IMG/VR virus record: IMGVR_UViG_3300005602_000003 | Span: 878-64,877 of that record | Strand: one strand, 5' to 3' | From: a virus | Lineage: Duplodnaviria; Caudoviricetes | DNA length: 64,000 bases | Shown: positions 1 through 9,574 of the stretch, piece after piece | Numbering within the stretch: the stretch's first letter is position 1 | Layout: each line of letters begins with the position of its first letter | Translations under genes and position numbers: made by a program | The notes under the pieces: generated by a model | Told to the model about the DNA's origin: nothing | The model's database searches: none | What the model saw: the letters and a program-made list of their open reading frames with translations, nothing else

Positions 1-470
1 TAGCGTTCAGTCGAGCCGCCTGAAACAATCTCTTGAGTCTTCGCGCCATAATTTTTCCCGTGCGAAGTCTGAGTCGCGGCGTGAACTGGTTCGTGCCCCT
101 GCGTCATCTGCGGATTATAGACCGGCGGCGCGCGATAGAAAACTAGAACGTGCTCGTGAACGCGCAACGGCTGGCGCTTCGCATTCAGGAAGCCGGTTGG
201 TTTATTTTTACGCCAAATCAGGTCGTAGCGAAAATCTTCGAGATTGCTGCAAATCAATTGCGCGGCGAACGGTTCGGCTGCCATGAGCACAATAGCCGCG
301 GCCGGCTTCGCGACGCGACGCAGCTCGCGCCACATCGACGCAAAGGCAATCGGTTTGTCCCAGGCATTCTGCGTTTTGCCGTACGGAAGATCCGATAGCA
401 CGAGGTCGACAGAAGCTGTGCGCAGCTTCACAAGCACTTCGAGACAGTCGCCAACGCAGATTTTGTGCAT
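1..470 (-). CDS. N4/N6 DNA methyltransferase (beta class), 3' end runs off the window
   Basis: Not in the ORF track because no stop lies in the window. Manual translation from ATG at 470 gives MHKICVGDCLEVL...VDLVLSDLPYG...WD...FRYDLIWRK...GFLNAKRQPLRVHEHVLVFY; GDCL and DLPY (DPPY-type) motifs. Confidence 0.9.
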   Translation of the reverse strand, partial: MHKICVGDCLEVLVKLRTASVDLVLSDLPYGKTQNAWDKPIAFASMWRELRRVAKPAAAIVLMAAEPFAAQLICSNLEDFRYDLIWRKNKPTGFLNAKRQPLRVHEHVLVFYRAPPVYNPQMTQGHEPVHAATQTSHGKNYGAKTQEIVSGGSTER

Positions 471-942
471 GTAGTTTCGTAGCACAAAACGAAGCGTAGT
501 CAAATCGAATACATTTTTCCACGGATTCTGGGGGGCGGGTATTGAGGCTTACCCTAGAACAAAATAACGAAGGGACCATCGCCCGAAATAAAGTTGCGTG
601 GGAGGGTCTGCAGGCGACATATCGTGTCGCGCGCCGAGGGCACTATGACCGTACAGTTAGCGTCGCGAATACGGTAACGAGACCGTGAACAAGCGCGCTT
701 CGAAAGCGTAGTCGATCGAGGCTCGATAGGTCGATCGTAGATATATCAATGGGTTAGCTCGAAACGGGCAAGCACTTGTAAGTCATTGCCTGGGGGGTTT
801 GTCGAGATGGCGGGTAGGTCGGGTTTGCCGGGTCGAATCGGGTGGCGCGCGGAGCGATTCGTTATCACAACTACGTGATACGCGGTGCCGGCGGCCGAAG
901 TCGAGCAAGCGTGCAACCGAACTAAACTGCTATATCTCCCGG

Positions 943-1236
943 ATGGGCTCAAACATACCCTTTGCGCGGGTGCTCGATCAGCTCGGGTGGTCAATCCGCG
1001 TCGCCGCGATCGAGCTCCAGGTCGGCCGGTCGACAATCAAATGGTGGCGCACCGCGCGGAGCGGCGTGCCGCCTGGCGTGCTCCAGCGCTTGCAAAGTGA
1101 GCTGGCGCGTCAGCACGAATCGGCAATGGCGGATCTACAAAGCGTGCGGCCGACGAGCGAGCGTCGCGGGAATAGCGCGCTAGGCGCCTGGCGAGCAAGG
1201 CGCGCTCAAATGCGCGACCAGGAATCGACCAAATAG
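943..1236 (+). CDS. HTH DNA-binding protein
   Basis: LDQLGWSIRVAAIELQVGRSTIKWW is an XRE/Cro-like HTH; start moved to ATG 943. Confidence 0.55.
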   Translation: MGSNIPFARVLDQLGWSIRVAAIELQVGRSTIKWWRTARSGVPPGVLQRLQSELARQHESAMADLQSVRPTSERRGNSALGAWRARRAQMRDQESTK

Positions 1237-1694
1237 CCGGCAATGCCACACTGGCGCAGCGCCACCAGGTCAGACTCGCCAAACGATACCAAGCAAGCCG
1301 GGGCGCCGCTATTTGCTGCGGCCTTGGTGCCGTCCGGCCGATGGAAATAAAGCCGATCAGCAAGAAACAAAATCCCGCTGGCGCTTGCCCATATCGGCTC
1401 AAACCATTCCGCCTCGGTGCGGGCGTGAACCAACACAACGCCGTTCCCGTGCTCCGCCATGCGAGTAAGCCACCTGCCTACCTGATACCGATCGAACGGC
1501 GGGTTAAGCCATACACGCCCATACCAAGGTCGTTCTAACCCGCCTTCCGTGTAGCTCGCCGCAGCGCAAGGCCACGGCTGCGGGATACACGCGCATGGAT
1601 CAAGATCGAACACGCCTAAGCTATCAATAATCCACTTAGGCGTGATCCACGATTGCGAATCGCCAACAGTCTTTTGGTGACTGCCAAGTGTCAC
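1206..1694 (-). CDS. Phage N6-adenine DNA methyltransferase (phage Dam-like family)
   Basis: WITP, FDLDPCA, WYGRVWLNPPF and ARTEAEWF motifs. Confidence 0.9.
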   Translation of the reverse strand: MTLGSHQKTVGDSQSWITPKWIIDSLGVFDLDPCACIPQPWPCAAASYTEGGLERPWYGRVWLNPPFDRYQVGRWLTRMAEHGNGVVLVHARTEAEWFEPIWASASGILFLADRLYFHRPDGTKAAANSGAPACLVSFGESDLVALRQCGIAGYLVDSWSRI

Positions 1695-1876
1695 AAGCGC
1701 ACGCTTGGCGTATTACGCCCGATCTCGCCACGATAACCAGCGCGCGCGGCTTCCTGCAGATCGGTCGCCAGATTGGAAATGTACGTTTCGAGCGTCGATT
1801 CGCTGGTCATCGGATTGCCCGTCCGTGCGATTCGTGCGCCCGCCTTGCGCATTGTCTCTTTCGTGAGCTCGACCAT
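1691..1876 (-). CDS. Hypothetical protein
   Basis: ORF overlapping the start of the methyltransferase, preceded by a promoter-like sequence. Confidence 0.55.
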   Translation of the reverse strand: MVELTKETMRKAGARIARTGNPMTSESTLETYISNLATDLQEAARAGYRGEIGRNTPSVRL

Positions 1877-1912
1877 TTCGCTTCCCCATAGCGGACCTAT
1901 CGCCGCGATCTC

Positions 1913-1942
1913 TTACATACTCTTTACTGGTTAGTCCGTCAA
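1913..1942 (-). promoter_or_regulatory. Sigma70-like promoter
   Basis: Minus strand TTGACG-17 nt-TATGTA, containing TAAAGAGTA. Confidence 0.55.
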
Positions 1943-2292
1943 GGCGTGTGCGCTAATTCATCCGCATAAAAATCCAGCCATTCGACGCACGCTAGCTGAT
2001 TAGGCTCGCGACAAGCCTCGCGCACGTACGCCACGCCGTCACTTGTCAGTGGATTTTCCAAAAACTCGCCGCACATATGACAATGTTGCGGACAATCCGC
2101 TTCACCACCACCATCGCAATAAGGCCCGGCTGGATAATCGTCGCTGTCCCAGCAAAGATCGCACGAAGCGATTTCTTTTGCACTAGGCACCTTTGTCGGC
2201 GTTTCGGCAAAAATCTTTTCGTGGAGCTTGTCCGCGCACACTTCACAATACAAAGCGGCTCGGTAAACATATGCTAGCTTGCTCATTCTCAC
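1939..2292 (-). CDS. Hypothetical Cys-rich phage protein
   Basis: CxxC pairs; AGGAAG-like RBS and a promoter upstream. Confidence 0.65.
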   Translation of the reverse strand: MRMSKLAYVYRAALYCEVCADKLHEKIFAETPTKVPSAKEIASCDLCWDSDDYPAGPYCDGGGEADCPQHCHMCGEFLENPLTSDGVAYVREACREPNQLACVEWLDFYADELAHTP

Positions 2293-2344
2293 TTCCTCCT
2301 ATCCGGTCACGAAAAGTTGAACCCGCGATCGCGGGACGACATTT

Positions 2345-2373
2345 CATATACTCTTTAGGGATTAGGGAGTCAA
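2345..2373 (-). promoter_or_regulatory. Sigma70-like promoter
   Basis: Minus strand TTGACT-17 nt-TATATG, containing CTAAAGAGTA. Confidence 0.6.
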
Positions 2374-2377
2374 GCGT

Positions 2378-2570
2378 GGTGAAGGGTTGAAGGGTGAATA
2401 GTTTTTTTCACATCGCAAACTCGCCTATGTTTATACTCCCCTACGGGGCCTATGTGTGGGAGATAAATCAGCCTCACATAGCGACCTTATATCTATTCAT
2501 ACTATTCAACTATTCAGTAATATAATAAAAACAAAGGCTTATCGCTGAATAGTCGGTGAACAGTTGACGA
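2378..2570. other. Putative replication origin (inverted iteron arrays around an AT-rich core)
   Basis: CTATTCA at 2493, 2502 and 2510; inverted TGAATAG/TGAACAG at 2395, 2546 and 2557; TGAAGGG at 2380 and 2388; AT-rich core 2517-2541; immediately downstream of the primase-helicase gene. Confidence 0.6.
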
Positions 2571-2571
2571 G

Positions 2572-4959
2572 TTACCCTCTCGTTTTCCACACATCGGCTT
2601 TTTCGCGCCACCTCCATGCGCCGAACGAGCGTTCCCAAATGTCGCGACATTCTTTCAATTCGGGTATTTTCCACCAATTACCGTCCTTTTTGTGCAATTT
2701 TTCGCAAGACTGTTCACCCAAAAACCGGCCCAATGCGGTCACGTTCACGTCTCCGGGCCTCGTAGAATGTTCCCTCGCGAGGTTCAGTAGAACATGTGCG
2801 GGAACATGCCCGCTCGCTGTCGAATTGACCGGCAACGTCGCGTCCTGGAGCAACGTTGCCCACCATGTTCCGATCGGCGACAAGCTCCGCTCTTTCTGCA
2901 ATCTCAGGGCCTCGTTGTGGATCACTTGGCGCGGATGCCAGTCGCCCAGCTTGGCGCGCTGCAGGTCGAACAGCATGGCGGCGAGCCCGTCTCCGCTCAA
3001 CTCTTCGTGAAGAGCTCTGAAATAGGCCCTGTCCCCCACCTTGGCGGCCGACACATTGAAGATCGCATAACGGCGTTCGTCATGGCTGGTCGGCACCACC
3101 CAATCGGCATTGGCCGCCATGATGACGTGCAGCCGGTTCCGCCACGGCGTTGCGTCGATGCCTTTTTGCTCGATCATGAGCGCTGGCTCGGTCAGCATCC
3201 CCTTGAGCACCGACTCGCCCTGCTTGTCACCGGCCCAGAACGCTTCATCGGCGAACAGCAGCAGGCAATTGCGCAGGTGGCCATTGAACGCCCCGACCAA
3301 GTGCTTGCTGTTGAAGATCTGCAGCCCATGCTGGCCGAACAGCCTCTTGAGCGCGTTCGCGAAGCTCCCCTTGCCGCTCCCCTTGTCGCCGCGGAACACC
3401 AAGGCCACCTCGGCTCGCTCGCCGGGGTGCTGCACCGCCCAGGCCGCGAACCGCAAAATGTAGCCGGCCGCCTCCGCATCTCCGGCCGCCAGCACGTTCA
3501 CGATATGCTCGCGCATTCGTGACCAGTCGCCAGCCTTCGGTTCGACCGCAAAACCGTTCCACAAGTTCAGGTATCCGGCCGGTATCGTGCCTTCTGGTGA
3601 AAGATCAATGCCTTCGTAACTCTTTCTCCCGGGCCACTTCAGCCAATAGGCTCCGATCGGCTTCGATTCGTCAGCAACCTTGACGTACTTATGGGCGTAT
3701 CGTTCGGCGAAACTTTTGAAGCTCTGAAAGGACGGTACGCGCAATTGCGCATCCACTTTGCTAGGCACCCACCCCAGAACGAGGCATTTTCCGCCCATAT
3801 CGCCTATTACGCAGAACTGGTCGTTAAGACTTATCAATGGGTTATTGGGCGTCGTTGCGCCTTTGAACGCGGCGTCAAGTTCCGGCATCGCCTCGGCCGC
3901 ATGATGCCCGTTCGCCTCCTTGACCGGTTCACCCGCCGCAGGCGGGTCGAAAGGGCTGAATTCTTCTGGCACCGTCTCTCGCGGCGTCCGGCTCGGCGGC
4001 GTCCACCCAGGCTGCACCTCGCGCGCCAGGATCACCAAGCGCCCAAAGCCGGTGCGGGTCGGCGGCGAGCGGAACAGGTGCGCCCACTCGGCATCGACAT
4101 CGGCGGCCGTGTACTTGCCGGACTTGGCCGAAAAGTCGTGCCCGAGAGCGCGCCCGGCTTCCGAGCCATCGGTGGCCGCCCAGATCGCCATGATCCCGGC
4201 CTTCCACGCCTTCCAGCCCAGATCCGGGTTTGTGATGACGGCGATCGCCGCAGCCACATCCTCGATCGGCACCGGTTCGTCCAGGCTCGCCGCAAGGTCC
4301 GTCATCGCCTCGCAGGCCGGATCCTTGGCCCATTCCGGCGGCTGCCCGAGCTCAAGACGTTGCTGCGGGGCCTGGGTGCTCTTCGGTTCCCCGGGTCGGT
4401 TTTCGAACCAGTGCAGCAGTTCCGCCGGCAACGGAACGGGCACCGTCTGGTTGAGCCACGCGTAACGCTGGCCGCTGCGGTGCATGGAAGGTGGCACTAC
4501 CACCAGCCCGCCGTCGCCGCGGATGTCGAGCCCGTGGCCATCGTTGGACGGCACCGGGCCACTGGCCGCGTAATAGAGGTGTCGGCCGATCCCAGGCCGG
4601 CCGGATCGAGCCGAGAGGGTCTTCTGCAACGGGCTCTTGATCGCGCTTTTGAGCGTGGCCACGCCGTCAGGGCCGTCGATGTCCACCACCGCAAGCCCGG
4701 AGCGCTGGCCGGTCACCACCCCCACATTGGCGTCGGGCCAGTCGCGCCACCAGGCTTCGAGCTGTGCCGGGTCGGTCGACGCCAAGGCGTGCTGGATGCC
4801 GGTCTTGGGCGGACGCGGGTGCTTGCCGGCCGACTTGCACTTCGCGCCGCGCCAGCAGGTGCAGACGCGCTCGCCGTTGACGACACGGATACTATGAAGA
4901 GGAAGGACGGGCCACCCGCGCGCCGCGCACTGCAGCGCTGCATCTAGTAGGTCGTTCAT
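2572..4959 (-). CDS. Bifunctional primase/polymerase (Prim-Pol) + PriCT-2 + P-loop helicase
   Basis: GWPVLPL, GKHP, ANVGVVTG, VVDID, HLYY, DIRGDGGLVVVPPS; C-terminal Walker A GDKGSGKG and FADEA. Confidence 0.92.
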   Translation of the reverse strand: MNDLLDAALQCAARGWPVLPLHSIRVVNGERVCTCWRGAKCKSAGKHPRPPKTGIQHALASTDPAQLEAWWRDWPDANVGVVTGQRSGLAVVDIDGPDGVATLKSAIKSPLQKTLSARSGRPGIGRHLYYAASGPVPSNDGHGLDIRGDGGLVVVPPSMHRSGQRYAWLNQTVPVPLPAELLHWFENRPGEPKSTQAPQQRLELGQPPEWAKDPACEAMTDLAASLDEPVPIEDVAAAIAVITNPDLGWKAWKAGIMAIWAATDGSEAGRALGHDFSAKSGKYTAADVDAEWAHLFRSPPTRTGFGRLVILAREVQPGWTPPSRTPRETVPEEFSPFDPPAAGEPVKEANGHHAAEAMPELDAAFKGATTPNNPLISLNDQFCVIGDMGGKCLVLGWVPSKVDAQLRVPSFQSFKSFAERYAHKYVKVADESKPIGAYWLKWPGRKSYEGIDLSPEGTIPAGYLNLWNGFAVEPKAGDWSRMREHIVNVLAAGDAEAAGYILRFAAWAVQHPGERAEVALVFRGDKGSGKGSFANALKRLFGQHGLQIFNSKHLVGAFNGHLRNCLLLFADEAFWAGDKQGESVLKGMLTEPALMIEQKGIDATPWRNRLHVIMAANADWVVPTSHDERRYAIFNVSAAKVGDRAYFRALHEELSGDGLAAMLFDLQRAKLGDWHPRQVIHNEALRLQKERSLSPIGTWWATLLQDATLPVNSTASGHVPAHVLLNLAREHSTRPGDVNVTALGRFLGEQSCEKLHKKDGNWWKIPELKECRDIWERSFGAWRWREKADVWKTRG

Positions 4960-5304
4960 TGATCTAGCCTATTGCTTTGTGTTGCTGCTTAGGCTAGAAG
5001 ATCGAGGCGAGCTCGGCCTCCACAGCCTGGGTTTCGTCCACACGTCCCCTTGTCCGACCATCCAGGCCCCCGGCTTCATCCACCGGGGGCCTTCTTCTTG
5101 AGCGTGCCACGGAATCCCGCCACGTTCCATCACCTTCTTGTGACCCCGCTGGCGCGGGGCGAGATTTCCGCTTGACTACATTTTTGGCTTGCACTAAAGA
5201 GTACGGGTACGTTGAAATGTAGAGAACTCAGGACAACAACGGGAGCCGGTCATGGAAGCGGCCCGCCGAAAGGCGGGCATCCATGCGGCACGAGGGAGAA
5301 TCAA

Positions 5305-5604
5305 ATGGACCCGACACTCAAAGCAAAATGGACAGCCACACTTCGCAGCGGTGAATATGTGCAAGGCACCGGCTGCCTTCGCACCAGTGCCGGACATTAT
5401 TGCTGCCTAGGCGTTCTTTGTGTGGTCGCCGGTTTCAAAATGGACGAGGAAGGCTACAACGTCATCGACGCCGATGGCCGCGAAGTCGGTTATGCGCCAA
5501 TCAAAGCCGCGACGAAGGCCGAGGATCTGATTACGCTGTACAGTATGAACGACGATGGCGTGCCGTTCGCCGACATCGCGGACTACATTGATGCCAAGCT
5601 CTGA
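5305..5604 (+). CDS. Conserved phage hypothetical protein
   Basis: KAKWTATLRSGEYVQG...YCCLGVLC...MNDDG.PFADIADYI; GAGGGAG RBS. Confidence 0.75.
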   Translation: MDPTLKAKWTATLRSGEYVQGTGCLRTSAGHYCCLGVLCVVAGFKMDEEGYNVIDADGREVGYAPIKAATKAEDLITLYSMNDDGVPFADIADYIDAKL

Positions 5605-5845
5605 ACACGTTCGCGCAAAGGACTGGCGCGAAGCGATCCCGCTGACGCGGGATGAACTCGGCCGCCTCATCGGCTACTCGGCCCAGTCCATCCAGCTCTT
5701 CGAGCTCGGCCACACACCGCCGCGCAATTTCGTCAATGCCAAACGCAAGGACAGGAAGATAGAGCCCAAGGTCTGGCTGCGCTACAAGGCAGCGTGCGCC
5801 GGCATCGACGCGTGGCTCAAGCACAAGAGGAGGTTCGATTGGTGA
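5591..5845 (+). CDS. XRE-family HTH protein
   Basis: WREAIPLTRDELGRLIGYSAQSIQLFELG. Confidence 0.75.
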   Translation: MPSSEHVRAKDWREAIPLTRDELGRLIGYSAQSIQLFELGHTPPRNFVNAKRKDRKIEPKVWLRYKAACAGIDAWLKHKRRFDW

Positions 5846-6075
5846 CCCCAACGAAGGAAGGCTTCTACTGGGCGCGGTGGCGAATCAAAGGTCGAGGTAC
5901 GGCGGACGAAGACGATCTGCCGGGCGACGAATGGGAGGTGATGCACGTCGTCGAGAATTGCATCGACGAGACCGATCCCGAGTATTTGATGGTCATGGTG
6001 CCCGGAGTGCAGCAGTGGCAACCACTGGAAAATTTCTTTTGGAGCGATTTGCCGCCGCTGGAGGTGCCAGCATGA
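5842..6075 (+). CDS. Hypothetical protein
   Basis: GTG start overlapping the upstream stop; PTKEGFYWAR. Confidence 0.65.
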   Translation: MTPTKEGFYWARWRIKGRGTADEDDLPGDEWEVMHVVENCIDETDPEYLMVMVPGVQQWQPLENFFWSDLPPLEVPA

Positions 6076-6265
6076 TCACCTGGATCCTCGTCCACGCCCT
6101 CGCCGCCCTGTTCTGGGTTCCTGTCTGCACCGGGTTGCTCCGGCTTTATTGGAGGGCACGTGCATGAAGACAATTCCCTACTTGCTCGGGATGGCGATTG
6201 TCGGCGGCCTCTGGACATTCACCGTCATCGCGGCCATTCACTTCATCGTCAAGTTCTGGTGACGC

Positions 6266-6622
6266 ATGATCCGCCACAACGAGATCACGATCGACTCCAA
6301 GCGCTGCGCCATCAGGCACCGCGGCGCCGAGGTCTTCTTCAAGTCGCCCGAGTTCCGCAGCCGTTACGAGCCCTACGTTCAGTACCGGCTGCTATGCCAC
6401 CTGATCCTTGGCGGCGCGCAATCGGTCGGGGAATTGTTCGAGCTGATCTACGGCGATCGCGCCGACGGCGGCCCGGAACAAGGACCTCACATCATTTTTG
6501 TTCATTTTTACCATATGCGAGAGCGCTTGCGCCTGCTGTCTTTGTCGTTGCGAAAGTCCAAGGATTGCGGCGTGCTGCGCTATTGGGTGGAGCCCGCCTC
6601 GGCGGCGGGTGAACCCGTATGA
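6266..6622 (+). CDS. Hypothetical protein, winged-helix-like
   Basis: ELFELIYGDRADGGP resembles an OmpR-type C-terminal wHTH; coupled to the polymerase gene. Confidence 0.55.
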   Translation: MIRHNEITIDSKRCAIRHRGAEVFFKSPEFRSRYEPYVQYRLLCHLILGGAQSVGELFELIYGDRADGGPEQGPHIIFVHFYHMRERLRLLSLSLRKSKDCGVLRYWVEPASAAGEPV

Positions 6623-8430
6623 GAATCATTTGCGCGGACGCTGAGTCCTATTACGACGACGAGCTTAGCGTAAAGCGGATGTCGACCGAGGAATACTGTC
6701 GGAAGACAACGCCGCATGGTTGGGCTGTGAAATGGGACGCCACGACCCTGCCACGTTGGCACACTCATGAAGAATTCAAGTATCTCGCAAAACATGAGGA
6801 CTGGTCAAACATTGGCGTGATCCACCATCACGCCCACTTTGACGGATTGCTGCTCTCGCATCACTATGGCGTCCACCCGAAATTCTTCTTTGACACCCTT
6901 TCTTACGGCAGGCTTCTCATCGGGAATCATCTGCCGCTCAGCCTCGACTCGCTGGCGCAGCAGTTCAATCTAGCGCCGAAGACCGTGCCCTATGACCTCT
7001 TCAAAGGCAAGCGCTGGCATGAGCTGTCGCGCGAAGTGCAGGAACAGGTGGCAGACGGCGCCTGCCGGGACGTGGAACTGACCTGGGACCTGTTCAAGAT
7101 TCTCGGCAGGCAGATGCCGCGGGAAGAGTTGAGCGTAGTGGATATCACCATCAAGATGTTCACAAATCCTGAACTGATCGGTGACACAGACGCGCTCGCG
7201 GCACTCTGGGAATCCGAGAACAAGGCCAAAGCCGAACGCATGGCAAGTCTTGGGGTGTCCTCGACCGAGCTTCAATCCTCTGATAAGTTCGCGGCGCTGC
7301 TCGAAGCCGAAGGCGTCGAGATCGAGTACAAAGACGGCAAGAAGAAGCAGATACCGTGCTTCGCCAAAACCGACGACTTCATGAGGGGATTGCTGGAAGA
7401 TGATAACGATCGGGTCAGGGCACTCGCCGAAGCGCGTATCGGGCAGAAGTCGACTCTGCTCCAGTCGCGTTCCGAGACTATCGGCTGGATGGCGCGTCGA
7501 GGACCTCTGCCTATCTATCTGTTCTACGCTGGCGCTCATACAAGCCGCTGGTCGGGAGGGGACGATGCGAATTTTCAAAATCTCCCGGCTAGAAAACCTG
7601 AAACTCGGCGACTACGAGAAGCTATTCTAGCGCCACCGGGCTACGTGATTGGCAAACCCGATCTGAGCCAGATCGAGTGTCGCATCTTGAACTTCCTGGC
7701 GGGCCAAGATGACGTGGTCGAGAAGTTCAAACGCGAGGAGGATCCCTACGTGGGTCTCGCGTCGTTGTTTTACCAGCGACCGATTACCAAAGCGGACGTG
7801 AACGAGCGCGGCACTGGCAAGCAGGGCGAGCTTAGTTGCGGCTACGGCTGCGGCGGCAAGAAGTTCAAGGGCACGGCCAAGGCAGGCACGTACGGCCCGC
7901 CGGTCGAGCTGACGCTGGAAAAGGCGCAGGAGTTCGTCAAAATCTATCGGGACTCGCACCCACGCGTGGTCGACTATTGGAAGGCCGCAGATCGGATGTT
8001 GTCGAGCTTAGCGAACGGCGGGACCGCGCAGTGGGGGCCGATGCTGGTTCGAGACCACCGCGTCTGGCTTCCCAATGGAATCCCGCTTCTCTATACGACG
8101 CTCGAATGGCATGTGGCCGAGGACGAAGAGGACGAGACCGGGTGGCGCATGAAGAAGCGCAAGGGCAAGAAGCTGATTTGGGACCGGATGTGGGGTTCCA
8201 AGCTGGTCGAGCAGACCACGCAGGCGCTGGCTCGTGTTGTGATTTCTCGGGCAATGATCCGCATCGCGGCGTTGGGCTATCGTATCAAGAATCAGGAGCA
8301 TGACGCCATGTGGATCCTGCTCCCCAAGGACGACCCCGACCGTCACCTGAAAATCTGCATCGACGAGATGACACGCTCGGTGGATTGGCTGCCGGGCCTG
8401 CCGCTAGCCGCTGAAGGGAGCTACCGATGA
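6619..8430 (+). CDS. Family A DNA polymerase with 3'-5' exonuclease domain
   Basis: Exo motifs DAESY and HHAHFD; HTSRWSG, NFQNLP; motif A DLSQIECR; motif B RGTGKQGELSCGYG; motif C EHD. Confidence 0.93.
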   Translation: MRIICADAESYYDDELSVKRMSTEEYCRKTTPHGWAVKWDATTLPRWHTHEEFKYLAKHEDWSNIGVIHHHAHFDGLLLSHHYGVHPKFFFDTLSYGRLLIGNHLPLSLDSLAQQFNLAPKTVPYDLFKGKRWHELSREVQEQVADGACRDVELTWDLFKILGRQMPREELSVVDITIKMFTNPELIGDTDALAALWESENKAKAERMASLGVSSTELQSSDKFAALLEAEGVEIEYKDGKKKQIPCFAKTDDFMRGLLEDDNDRVRALAEARIGQKSTLLQSRSETIGWMARRGPLPIYLFYAGAHTSRWSGGDDANFQNLPARKPETRRLREAILAPPGYVIGKPDLSQIECRILNFLAGQDDVVEKFKREEDPYVGLASLFYQRPITKADVNERGTGKQGELSCGYGCGGKKFKGTAKAGTYGPPVELTLEKAQEFVKIYRDSHPRVVDYWKAADRMLSSLANGGTAQWGPMLVRDHRVWLPNGIPLLYTTLEWHVAEDEEDETGWRMKKRKGKKLIWDRMWGSKLVEQTTQALARVVISRAMIRIAALGYRIKNQEHDAMWILLPKDDPDRHLKICIDEMTRSVDWLPGLPLAAEGSYR

Positions 8431-8732
8431 TCCACCTGTTCCTGCTGGCCTTCTTTTTCTCGCCAGCTCACGCCGCCGACCTGGCGCTCCCCCGCCTATC
8501 GGCGGGCGAGCCCTGCCTCATCCGCCAATCAACCGGCGCCCCGGTCGTCCCTCACCTCTCGCCCGCCCGCCTACCGGCGGGGTGGGCAGTTTGGCCCGAC
8601 AAGACATGCGCGTCCGGCTTCCGCTGGGGCGACGCTGATCGGTGCGACGTGAGCCGTCCGCCTGCGGCGGATAAACCGGCCAAGGTGGTGGACGACGCGA
8701 GTTGTCCGTATGGATGGCGATGGTCCCGCTGA
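8427..8732 (+). CDS. Small secreted protein
   Basis: Signal peptide MIHLFLLAFFFSPAHA; internal repeat DKTCASGFRW / DASCPYGWRW. Confidence 0.6.
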   Translation: MIHLFLLAFFFSPAHAADLALPRLSAGEPCLIRQSTGAPVVPHLSPARLPAGWAVWPDKTCASGFRWGDADRCDVSRPPAADKPAKVVDDASCPYGWRWSR

Positions 8733-8915
8733 CCCGCCTGACGGCGGGTGAAGGCGGCTTGCCAGCCGTAGGCTGGTTCCGCTTCGTCACCCACGACCGC
8801 GTACTCGACTATTTGAATTGTGGGTGGCACATCGCATCTGTTGACCTTGGTCACCATAGCGAGTATGCTGTACTTCTTGAGTGGCTTTGTGCCTGTCCTC
8901 TGAAGGAACCAAAAC

Positions 8916-9290
8916 ATGCCGACCAACGTCGAAGACCTGGCTGAAGGCTTCTCGCCGTTTGCTCCCGCGCCTCCACCCGCCGAACAGGCGGGCAAGCCCA
9001 CTCGCAAAAAGCGTGCGGCCAACAAACCCGCTCCGCAGGCCAAGACTGCCCCGGCGTCCAAGCCCACTCGCGCCCCTCGCGCCCCTCGCGGCAACGGAGG
9101 CACAGGAAAAGGCACCAAGCACCGCCAGTCCAGAGAACTCCGCCTCCCGGTCTCCGCCCTGTTCGATGCCGCGTCTGGCCTCAAGGTGGAGGACGGCAAG
9201 CTGTGCTACGCCATGATCGAGCAGCTTCAAGGCGTGAGCAAGCAGTCGCGGCGGCGGATCGTGAATGCTTTGAATCGCATCTTTTCCTAG
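8916..9290 (+). CDS. Basic Pro/Lys-rich hypothetical protein
   Basis: AAGGA RBS; low-complexity basic N-terminal half. Confidence 0.7.
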   Translation: MPTNVEDLAEGFSPFAPAPPPAEQAGKPTRKKRAANKPAPQAKTAPASKPTRAPRAPRGNGGTGKGTKHRQSRELRLPVSALFDAASGLKVEDGKLCYAMIEQLQGVSKQSRRRIVNALNRIFS

Positions 9291-9574
9291 GCTAGGAGAC
9301 TGCTACGTGACCAAACCAATCAGGGACAGCCTAGGTCGACGCCCCATCACTAACGCGGACATAGATTTTTACAAGCGCTGGAGCGACCTCGGAGAGCAGC
9401 CGCTTTCTCGGCAAGAAGAAGAGATTTTCCGCGAATGGCTGCGCAGCTGATAGAGAGACAGCGAACAGATGGCTAAGCGCCGCAGGGTCACGGTCGAATT
9501 TTCGGCCAAACAACTTCGGATGCTTGATCGCCTCTGCAAGCGTTGGTGGCCGTCGTTATCTGGGGACGAATGAC

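Noticed and set aside
480-940. Physical genome end or packaging site
   Set aside because: The region is apparently non-coding with short palindromes, but no terminal repeat or read data supports this.
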